Assembly (NCBI RefSeq): GCF_006345805.1
Contig: NW_021825616.1
Coordinates: 1-14,896, forward strand
DNA length: 14,896 nt
Origin: Octopus sinensis
Taxonomy: Eukaryota
Reading direction: 5' to 3'
Shown here in pieces: positions 1-8,824 of this stretch (position 1 is its first letter; every line of letters begins with the position of its first letter). A program made the translations under genes and the position numbers. The notes under the pieces were generated by a model. That model saw only the letters and a list, made by a program, of their open reading frames with translations. It was not told the origin of the DNA and did no database searches.

Positions 1-192
1 ATATATATATATATATACATATTCTTGTAGGTATCAGTAGTATATAACATGGAAAAATATATATGTATGTATGTATGTAGTATGTATGTATGTATATATA
101 TATATATATATATAATATATATATATACAAACACGTACGTGGAAATATTTGCAGACACGTTTATTTGCAGTATACGTATTAATTTTCTTCAC

Positions 193-224
<32 letters not shown>

Positions 225-515
225 TGTATGTATGTATGTATGTATGTATGCATGTATGTATGTATGTATGTATGTGTATGTGTGTGTGTGTGTGTGTACA
301 CATATACATATAAACATGCTTATATATATATATATATACACATTCATAATAGATATTTATGTGTGTGTGTATGTGTGTTTTTGTGATGTTCGTAGTATCT
401 TGAAACACTCGCGCACAGGTGCACGCCTATCTGTGTGTGTCTGTGTGTGTGTGTGTGTGCGTTTAAGTATGTGTTTATGTACTATGTGTGTGTGTGCGTG
501 TGCGTGTGCGTGTGT
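1..515. repeat. Compound microsatellite (AT)n/(ATGT)n/(GT)n
   Basis: Directly visible runs, e.g. (TATG)n at about 195-275 and (GT)n at about 280-297 and 425-460. It explains the MYVC/IYIY pseudo-ORFs. Confidence 0.95.
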
Positions 516-667
516 AAGAAAGCATAAAGCATTCGTGATATATAGAACTTAAAATAGGAGTATGTATACAGCTTGTTTTGGGTTGCTCTGTTTACAAAGA
601 AATATCTCATGTTCACCTCTTGGAGTTTGTATTCCTCTTCGATTCAATCATGCATTCTTTCATTCAT

Positions 668-668
<1 letters not shown>

Positions 669-714
<46 letters not shown>

Positions 715-992
715 ATCTATCTATCTCTCCCCTGTCCTTCTTCCTGCCTCTCTCCCTCTCTTCTTTCTGCTTCTCTCTCTCTCTCTCACTCTCTGTGTTC
801 TGTCTCTATTTTCTACGGAAGTGCCTTTCTCCCTGTAACTCTCTCTCTCTTGTTAAGTGTCTCTCTCTATCTTTTTCTTTCCTTCTCTGTCTCTCTATTT
901 CCCTAACTAATTCTCACTGTCTTTCTTTTTAAACATCTTTCAATCCCTTTCCCCCTTTTCTCTCTACTTCTAAAGCTTGCTTCTTTCATTCC

Positions 993-1037
<45 letters not shown>

Positions 1038-1378
1038 CTCTCTTCAATTCAGTCTTTCGTGTTTGTCTTTCATTATATTTCTCTCCTTCGAATTCCTCTC
1101 TTTCTCTTCCTCTTTCTCTCTCTCTCTCTCTTTCTCTTTCTTTCACTCTTTGTATGTCGTTTCCATATATTTTTATACAAATTCATTTTCCTTCCAGTTT
1201 CGCTCTCTCTCTCTCTTTTTCCTCTTTCCACTCCCCTTGGCCCCCCCCCCATCCCCATTCTAAGAGCTTGCCTCTCTTCTTCTCTCTCTCTCTCATCCAA
1301 TCTCTGTCCCCCCTCTCTCACAGTCAACACGCTCCCTCCCTCCCTCTCCCTCCCCCTCTCTCTCCCCTTTCTTAGCAG
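669..1378. repeat. (CT)n / polypyrimidine low-complexity tract
   Basis: Near-continuous CT dinucleotide and pyrimidine runs; the SLSLSL pseudo-ORFs derive from it. Confidence 0.95.
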
Positions 1379-1669
1379 TCTGTGATTGCTGTTTTTCGTT
1401 CTCTGTCGCTGTCCAGCAGATATTGTTGATTCTTCCCTCAGTCGGTTCCAGCGGACTAAGCTCGCCTTATTTTTCGACGTGGAACCAAATTCCGAATGGA
1501 ATGCAAATTGCTTTACCAAACATGCCCGAGGCTAAAGAACTTGGCCCAGTTCTCCCCATGCCACCATGCCACAGTACCTCAAATTGTAACATTGAACATC
1601 TTTTGGGACATTCACAACTACAATCTTTCCATCTGTCTTCTATTTCTGTTTGTCTCTGTGTGCTTATCT

Positions 1670-1670
<1 letters not shown>

Positions 1671-1712
<42 letters not shown>

Positions 1713-1983
1713 CATCCATCACCTCCCTCCATCCATCTCCCATCCATCCATCCATCCATCCATCCATCCACCATCCATACATCCATCCATCCATCCATCC
1801 ATCCATCCATCCATCCATCCATCCATCCCTCCATCCATCCATCCATCCATCCATCCATCCATCCATCCATCCATCCATCCATCCATCCCATCCATCCATC
1901 CATCCATCCATCCATCCATCCATCCATCCATCCATCCATCCATCCATCCATCCATCCATCCATCCATCATCCATCCATCCATC
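1671..1983. repeat. Tetranucleotide microsatellite (TCAA)n switching to (TCCA)n
   Basis: About 10 TCAA units followed by a long, slightly imperfect TCCA run; source of the SIHP/MDGW pseudo-ORFs. Confidence 0.97.
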
Positions 1984-2106
1984 TGTCTGTCTGTCTGTCT
2001 ATTTGTCTGTACATCTACCTGTTAGTCTATCTGTTTATCTATCTATCTATTTGTCTGTATATCTACCTGTTAATCTGTCTATCTATATATATATATATAT
2101 ACATAC

Positions 2107-4561
2107 CAATTAAGGACTGAACACGAAAAGGTGGACAGTCAACATGCTAGATATAGACGTCAAATCGCCATTCTCCACAAAGATTTTGTTCTCAAATAAA
2201 AAAATTCAGCACGACCTAAAGCAATGGATGAGACAAAAGAAAAATACTAAATGGAATAATTACCTACGTACTGCAGTTTGTTTCAGCTATTAATATCACA
2301 AGAATTCTGTACTTCATCAGCGTAGTTTGTTATGAGCATATATGCTGTACTAGATGAAAAACGGTACCGGAGTCCCGCATGCAAAAAGTACAACCTATTA
2401 CTTCGGATGTATCTTTCGAATGCCTCTACTTTTTGCGGCGCTGATAATCGAAAAACTAGCCTGCAGTTAATAAATTAGCAGCAGTCAATTATCGGTTTGA
2501 GAACATATATTTCATATTTAAAAATTAAGGGTAGAAATTGATATTAGTCAATTAAAACCAGTGGTCTAGCACATTAAAAAGAATCCGAAGATTAAAATAT
2601 TTATATATACCAATTAAGGACTGAACACGAAAAGTGGACAGTCAACATGCTATATAACGTCAAATCGCCATTCTCCACAAAGATTTTGTTCTCAAATAAA
2701 AATAAAATTCAGCACGACCTAAAGCAATGGATGAGACAAAAGAAAAATACTAAATGGAATAATTACCTACGTACTGCAGTTTCAGCTATTAATATCACAA
2801 GGATATCTGTAACTTCATCAGCGTAGTTTGGTTATGAGCATAATATGCTGTACTAGATGAAAAACGGTACCGGAGTCCCGCATGCAAAAAGTACAACCTT
2901 TACGTTCGGATGTATCTTTCGAATGCCTCTACTTTTGGCGCGCTGATATCGAAAAACTAGCCTGCAGTTAATAAATTAGCAGCAGTCAATTTATCGGTTT
3001 GAGAACATATATTTCATATTTAAAAATTAAGGGTAGAAATTGATATTAGTCAATTAAAACCAGTGGTCTAGCACTTAAAAGAATCCGAAGATTAAAATAT
3101 TTATATATACCAATTAAGGACTGAACACGAAAAGGTGGACAGTCAACATGCTATATAGACGTCAAATCGCCATTCTCCACAAAGATTTTGTTCTCAAATA
3201 AAAATAAAATTCAGCACACCTAAAGCAATGGATAGACAAAATAAAAATACTAAATGGAATAATTACCTACGTACTGCAGTTTCAGCTATTAATATCACCA
3301 GGATATCTGTACCTTCATCAGCGTAGTTTGTTATGAGCATAATATGCTGTACTAGATGAAAAACGGTACCGGAGTCCCGCATGCAAAAAGTACAACCTAT
3401 TACGTTTCTGGATGTATCTTTCGAATGCCTCTACTTTTGGCGCGCTGTAATCGAAAAACTAGCCTGCAGTTAATAATTAGCAGCAGTCAATTTATCGGTT
3501 TGAGAACATATATTTCATATTTAAAAATTAAGGGTAGAAATTGATATTATCAATTAAAACCAGTGGTCTAGCACATTAAAAAGAATCCGAAGATTAAAAT
3601 ATTTATATATACCATTAGGACTGAACACGAAAAGGTGGACAGTCAACATGCTAGATATAGACGTCAAATCGCCATTCTCCACAAAGATTTTGTTCTCAAA
3701 TAAAAATAACATTCAGCACGACCTAAGCAATGGATGAGACAAAAGAAAAATACTAAATGGAATAATTACCTACGTACTGCAGTTTCAGCTATTAATATCA
3801 CAAGGATATCTGTAACTTCATCAGCGTATTTGTTATGAGCATAATATGCTGTACTAGATGAAAAACGGTACCCGAGTCGCCGCATGCAAAAAGTACAACC
3901 TATTACGTTCGGATTATCTTTCGAATGCCTCTACTTTTGGCGCGCTGATAATCGAAAAACTAGCCTGCAGTTAATAAATTAGCAGCAGTCAATTTATCGG
4001 TTTGAGAACATTATTTATATTTAAAAATTAAGGGTAGAAATTGATATAGTCAATTAAAACCAGTGGTCTAGCACATTAAAAAGAATCCGAAGATAAAATA
4101 TTATATATACATTAAGGACTGAACACGAAAAGGTGGACAGTCAACATGCTAGATATAGACGTCAAATCGCCATTCTCCACAAAGATTTTGTTCTCAAATA
4201 AAAATAAAATTCAGCACGACCTAAGCAATGGATGAGACAAAAGAAAATACTAAATGGAATAATTACCTACGTACTGCAGTTCAGCTATTAATATCACAAG
4301 GATATCTGTAACTTCATCAGCGTAGTTTGTTATGAGCATAATATGCTGTCTCTAGATGAAAAACGGTACCGGAGTCCCGCATGCAAAAAGTACAACCTAT
4401 TACGTTCGGATGTATCTTTCGAATGCCTCTACTTTTGGCGCGCTGATAATCGAAAAACTAGCCTGCAGTTAATAATTAGCAGCAGTCAATTTATCGGTTT
4501 GAAACATATTTTCATATTTAAAAATTAAGGGTAGAAATTGATATTAGTCAATTAAAACCAG
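2107..4561. repeat. Tandem array (satellite-like), ~500-bp unit, 4 full copies plus 1 copy lacking the last ~50 bp
   Basis: The unit start CAATTAAGGACTGAACACGAAAAGG (or 1-bp variants) recurs at 2107, 2611, 3111, ~3613 and ~4110 (periods 504, 500, 502, ~497). The last copy stops at ...CAATTAAAACCAG (4561). Both ends abut (TA)n. Confidence 0.97.

Positions 4562-4609
<48 letters not shown>
4562..4609. repeat. (TA)n microsatellite
   Basis: Pure TA run directly after the tandem array. Confidence 0.95.
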
Positions 4610-4613
<4 letters not shown>

Positions 4614-4737
4614 CTGTATATCTACCTGTTAATCTGTCTATTTATCTATCTATCTATCTATCTAATCCATTATAAATCTACCTACCTATCTATCTTTCTA
4701 AATATCGGCCTATCAATTTATCACTATCTTTGGGCCT

Positions 4738-4878
4738 AGCCCATAGCTTAGTGGTTAGGGGTGTTGCACTCATAACCGTAAGATGCTAGTTTCGATTCCT
4801 CGCCTGGGCAATGCGTTGTGTTCTTCTGCAAAACATTTCATTATACACGTTGTTCAGTCGGCAAAATGAATAAGCCCG
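4738..4878 (+). mobile_element. Degenerate tRNA-derived SINE (5' part)
   Basis: Pol III A-box-like TAGCTTAGTGG (4744-4754) and B-box-like GTTTCGATTCC (4789-4799) at tRNA-like spacing, followed by non-tRNA body sequence. There is no clean cloverleaf, so it is called a SINE head rather than a tRNA gene. Confidence 0.65.
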
Positions 4879-4953
4879 GTCTAATGCAGTTTTGTACCTC
4901 TCCCTGAAAACTTTTTTTCGGATTCCTACGTTTTAAATGTCGGAGATTACGAA

Positions 4954-5358
4954 TACTCTACTCTTTTACTCTTTTACTTGTTTCAGTCATTTGACTGCGG
5001 CCATGCTGGAGCACCACCTTTAGTCGAGCAAATCGACCCCAGGACTTATTCTTTGTAAGCCTAGTACTCATTCTGTCGGTCTCTTTTGCCGAACCGCTAA
5101 GTTACTGGGACGTAAACACCAGCATCGGTTGTCATGTGATTTTGGGGGGGGACAAACACAGACGCACAAATATATAGATACACGTGCATATATATAGATA
5201 TACATATATACGACGGGCTTCTTTCAGTTTCCGTCTACCAAATCCACTCACAAGGCTTTGGTTGGCTCGAGGCTATTGTAGAATACACTTGCCCAAGGTG
5301 CCACGCAGTGGGACTGAACTCGGAACCATGTGGTTGGTAAGCAAATTACTAAACACAC
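4954..5358 (-). mobile_element. Octopus-type tRNA-derived SINE, near full length (first ~14 nt missing)
   Basis: Reverse complement of the element at 6049-6459: TACTCTTT tail repeats, GACTGCGGCCATGCTGGAGCACC, internal microsatellite, CCCAAGGTGCCACGCAGTGGGACTGAAC. Confidence 0.92.
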
Positions 5359-5520
5359 AAAAAAATTTCTTTTAATTTCCCCCTCCCACCAACTTAAAAT
5401 TTTGATTTTGTTTACTTTAAAGAGAATGTAGCGAATTGTAGCGGTGTTGTTTTTAACCCCAGGAAGACATTCATATCTATCTATCTATCATCCATCCATC
5501 TATCCATCTATCATATAATA

Positions 5521-5796
5521 ACACTGTGATACACGATCCCTATTGATCGTTCTTTTTTTCCTCTTCCCCCTTTTTTGTCCCCTTTTTTCTTCTTTTTTCA
5601 TTTCTCTTTCCTTTTGTTCCTTTTCCTTTCCTTTTTTTTTTGTTCTTTTCTTCCCTTTTACGATCCCTCTTGATCGAAAACCTACGCCACCCCTTTTTTT
5701 TTCTTTTGTTTTTTGTTCTCTTCATCCCCCAAAAGAAAAGCTCTACCTTGTAATTTGTCCCATCTGTGTGCATCCCTGTGTGGCCAATAAAGAAAC
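5521..5796 (+). mobile_element. Interspersed repeat copy A, probable 3' end of a non-LTR retroelement
   Basis: Homologous to 6986-7190 (ACACTGTGATACACGATCCCTATTGATCG ... GAAAAGCTCTAC ... CCCTGTGTG). It ends in AATAAAGAAAC followed by a (TATC)n tail. The class assignment is inference. Confidence 0.6.
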
Positions 5797-5814
5797 TTAT
5801 CTATCTATCTATAC

Positions 5815-6015
5815 CAGTACTTTTCAAACTTTTTGCTGGAGCAGAACCCCAAGGAAACAGTCCACTGGCTCGAGGAACCCCATAGCAATAATTTAATAGT
5901 CTTATGCACACATATCTGCACAGGAGAATTAAAAATTACTGCTGATTTTAGCAGTTTTGTAACCTCTTGCGGAACCCCTGGACTGTACTGGCGGAACCCT
6001 GGTTGAAAACCACTG
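5815..6015. mobile_element. hAT-superfamily MITE (Charlie-like), 201 bp
   Basis: Imperfect TIRs CAGTACTTTTCAAAC / GGTTGAAAACCACTG. Perfect 8-bp TSD ATCTATAC at 5807-5814 and 6016-6023. An 8-bp TSD with CAG termini is diagnostic of hAT elements. Confidence 0.92.
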
Positions 6016-6048
6016 ATCTATACACATATCTATATGTTTATCGAATTA

Positions 6049-6459
6049 GGCGCAGGAGTGGCTGTTTGGTAAGTAGCTTGCTAACCAACCACATGGTTCC
6101 GGGTTCAGTCCCACTGCGTGGCATCTTGGGCAAGTGTCTTCTGCTATAGCCCCGGGCCGACCAATGCCTTGTGAGTGGATTTGGTAGACGGAAACTGAAA
6201 GAAGCCTGTCGTATATATGTATATATATATATGTGTGTGTATGTATGTGTGTGTGTTTGTGTTCGTCCCCCTAGCATTGCTTGACAACCGATGCTGGTGT
6301 GTTTACGTCCCCGTCACTTAGCGGTTCGGCAAAAGAGACCGATAGAATAAGTACTGGGCTTACAAAGAATAAGTCCCGGGGTCGATTTGCTCGACTAAAG
6401 GCGGTGCTCCAGCATGGCCGCGGTCAAATGACTGAAACAAGTAAAAAGAGTAAAAAAAA
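6049..6459 (+). mobile_element. Octopus-type tRNA-derived SINE, full length
   Basis: Starts GGCGCAGGAGTGGCTG. A-box-like TGGCTGTTTGGT (6059-6070), B-box-like GGTTCAGTCC (6102-6111), CORE-like CTTGGGCAAGT (6125-6135), central (AT)/(GT) tract, 3' end AAATGACTGAAACAAGTAAAAAGAGTAAAA. Four further copies or fragments lie in the window. Confidence 0.93.
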
Positions 6460-6985
6460 CATTTTGAAAACGTGGTCTCTTGCATATTCGGTTTTCTACA
6501 ATCTCTTTAAAGTAAACAAAATCAAAATTTTAATTGGCGTGGTGGTGGGGGGGGGGCAATTTAAAAAAAATTCTATTTGCATATTCGTAATCTCCGACTT
6601 CTAAAACGTAGGAATACGAAAAAAACTGTTTTCAAAAACATGCATTTTTCAAGGAGAGATGCGAATCTGCATTATCCCACCCCACCAAAGAAGCTGGGTT
6701 TTTTGCTCTTTTTCGTATTCATCTATGTATCTATTTATCAAGCTATTTGTCTATCTATCCATTTATCTATCTATCTATCTATCTATCTAAGGATGGCACG
6801 TATGAATGACGAAGCCACCTTGAGCATAATCCTATGAACCCGGAAATTTAAAACAGAGGGTTACCTACTTGCAAACAAATGTAGTAATATGTAACAATAT
6901 TGACCGAGGTTACCGTGGTCTTTTCCGTAGGCTTTTCTTCCCACGGATAAACCTTATCTGCTTCCCCCTTACATTTTATATCATG

Positions 6986-7190
6986 ACACTGTGATACACG
7001 ATCCCTATTGATCGTTTTTTTCCTCTTTTGTTTATTTTCCTTTTTTTTTCTTTCTTCTTTCCCTTTTACGATCCCTTTTGATCGAAAACCTACCCCACCT
7101 TTATATTTTTTTTTCTCTCCCCCAAAAAGAAAAGCTCTACTTTGTAATCTGTCCTGTCTGTGTGCAGCCCTGTGTGCCTAATAAAGAAAC
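6986..7190 (+). mobile_element. Interspersed repeat copy B, probable 3' end of a non-LTR retroelement
   Basis: Direct homologue of 5521-5796 with a shorter T/C tract; ends AATAAAGAAAC followed by (TACC/TATC)n. Confidence 0.6.
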
Positions 7191-7339
7191 ATATCTACCT
7201 ACCTACATATCTATCCATACATCTATGTACATGGGACTCCGTATAATAGTTTGTTGTTAAAACTTCTGTGCATGGAAGTGCTTGTACTTCTACAAAACAC
7301 GAAATATATAAACAACGTTTATAAAATTCCTAATAATAT

Positions 7340-7594
7340 TTACTCTTTACTCTCTCTTACTCTTTTACTTGTTTCAGTCATTTGACTGTGGCCATGCTGG
7401 AGCACCGCCTTTAGTCAAGCAAATCGACCCCAGGACTTATTCTTTGTAAGCCTAGTACTTATTCTATCGGTGTCTTTTGCCGAACCGCTATGTTACGGGG
7501 GACGTAAGCACACCAGCATCGGTTGTCAAGCGATGTTGGGAGGACAAACACAGGCGCACAAACGTATACTCATACATATATATATACATATACA
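7340..7594 (-). mobile_element. Same SINE family, 3' half
   Basis: TACTCT tail, GACTGTGGCCATGCTGGAGCACCGCC and GCCGAACCGCTA match the other copies; it ends in the internal microsatellite. Confidence 0.9.
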
Positions 7595-7802
7595 GGCGAT
7601 CATTCGTTACAAGTAACATAACTGCCACTTATAAACCCACGTGGGTTTATTTACATTTCTGAAGAAAAAAAATATACCCTTCCCCCACCCCTAACCCTAA
7701 CGCTAACCCCACATATATAAAAAATTTTACGGAGTGACGATCTTCTTCAAATGTAAACAAATACACGTGACGTAAATGGGACTCATATCGAAAGAATGTC
7801 GG
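7595..7802. mobile_element. Small MITE-like inverted-repeat element with a TAACCC core
   Basis: 7641-7666 is an imperfect reverse complement of 7743-7766. The termini CGATCATTC / GAATGTCG are weakly inverted. CCCTAACCCTAACGCTAACCC lies at 7689-7709. The element sits between two halves of a SINE. Confidence 0.6.
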
Positions 7803-7898
7803 CTATAGTAGAAGACACCTGCCCAAGGTGCCACGCAGTGGGACTGAACCCGGAACGATGTGGTTGGTAAGCAAGCTACTAACTACACAGCCACTCCT
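7801..7898 (-). mobile_element. Same SINE family, 5' tRNA-derived head
   Basis: GGCTATAGTAGAAGACACCTGCCCAAGGTGCCACGCAGTGGGACTGAACCCGGAAC...CAGCCACTCCT is the reverse complement of the head at 6049-6150. Confidence 0.9.
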
Positions 7899-8062
7899 AT
7901 ATAGTGATGAAAAAAATATAATAGGATTGTTTAAACACAGAAAGGCACCCGACTAAAGTAGAAATCAAAGAGGTTCAACGGTAAATATAAAAAAATTATT
8001 GAGTTTGGTCGAACAATTGAAAAAAAAAAAAAAAGAATAATACGGTGTGTGTGTGTGTATTA

Positions 8063-8723
8063 TTTTGAAACCGGAAATACATAGGTATTCCTCAATGACA
8101 TTTTCTCGCAAATTATTGTTTTTTATTTTTATTATTATTATTTTTTTTTTCCAAATACCCACCTTTTCGGATACGGATATTCCGGAGAATTGCCAAAAAT
8201 CGGAATTTTGAAATCCCCCCCCACCCCACCCCCAAAAAAATTTCTTCATTTTTTACTTTTTTACGTAACCCTAACCCTAAAACCCCAACCCTAACCCTAA
8301 AACCTTGACCTTAATCCTAAAACCCTAACCCTAACCTTAAAACCCTAACCGTAACCCAAGCCCTAAGTAGAAAACTTTTTGGAATTGTTTTTCAGAATCA
8401 TGATCTCCGCATTTTTCAGCATATTTTAACAAAAAAAAAAAAAAAAAAAATTTGTGACAAAAAAGTTTTACAAAAATTTATGGAAAATTTTTCCAGAATT
8501 ATAATCTCCGTATTTTTCCGCATATTTTGAAAAAAAAAATTCTGAAAAAAGTTTAAAATGAAAAATTTAGGGGTGGGACGGGTGGGGGGTAATTTCAAAA
8601 TGCCGATTTTTGCCAATTTTTTTGCAGATTCGTATTCTCCGTGGCCGAAAACGGGGGTTTGTGGAGAAAAAAAAAAAAAATTGAATAAAAAAGGGGGCGT
8701 TTTTTTTGAAGTGGGGTACAAAA
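8063..8723. mobile_element. Foldback/MITE with long imperfect TIRs and a telomere-like internal tract
   Basis: 8190-8252 is the reverse complement of 8555-8616 (TTGCCAAAAATCGGAATTTTGAAAT-CCCC vs GGGG-TAATTTCAAAATGCCGATTTTTGCCAA), with weaker matching extending to about 8141 and 8675. The outer limits are approximate. Confidence 0.75.
8266..8366. repeat. Degenerate interstitial telomere-like repeat (TAACCC / TAAAACCC variants)
   Basis: TAACCCTAACCCTAAAACCCCAACCCTAACCCTAAAACC...; this is the reverse complement of the metazoan TTAGGG repeat. Confidence 0.85.
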
Positions 8724-8824
8724 GGAAGTCTTGCCGAATGAAAAGGATAAAGATCCATCCCCTTCGGTCATGAATGGCTATATGACAGCACCTTGAAAGT
8801 TCCCTTCTGTGGCACAATCCAGGC

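Larger units (their letters stand above)
4882..6674. mobile_element. Long-TIR foldback/MITE-like element with nested insertions
   Basis: 4882-4956 plus 5359-5431 is the reverse complement of 6496-6674 (e.g. AAAATTTTGATTTTGTTTACTTTAAAGAGA vs TCTCTTTAAAGTAAACAAAATCAAAATTTT; GTCGGAGATTACGAATA vs TATTCGTAATCTCCGAC; TAATGCAG vs CTGCATTA). The left arm is split by a SINE. Confidence 0.7.

Noticed and set aside
34-2120. Long ORFs of 100-205 aa (MYVC.., SLSL.., SIHP.., MDGW..)
   Set aside because: They are translations of di- and tetranucleotide microsatellites that lack stop codons; no domain content.
2107-2610. Polylinker-like density of 6-bp palindromes (GACGTC, TACGTA, CTGCAG, GGTACC, GCATGC, TTCGAA)
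   Set aside because: About 8 six-base palindromes are expected by chance in 500 bp; they are not clustered like a vector cloning site.
3356-4528. Short ORFs in array units (62 aa and 61 aa)
   Set aside because: The frames differ between units because of indels, and no motif is recognisable.
2107-4561. CRISPR-like or RNA-gene (5S, snRNA, SL) array interpretation of the tandem repeat
   Set aside because: Whole units are identical with no unique spacers, there are no cas genes, the context is eukaryotic, and no rRNA or snRNA motif is recognisable.
4738-4805. Possible tRNA gene
   Set aside because: A and B boxes are present but acceptor and anticodon stems do not pair convincingly; it continues into SINE-like body sequence.
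6790-6837. Peptide MARMNDEATLSIIL resembling the RTE motif HVARM.D.R.PK.IL
   Set aside because: Too short, with no supporting flanking motifs; probably chance.
7689-8366. True telomere or chromosome-fusion site
   Set aside because: The tracts are short, degenerate, single-orientation and enclosed by TIRs.
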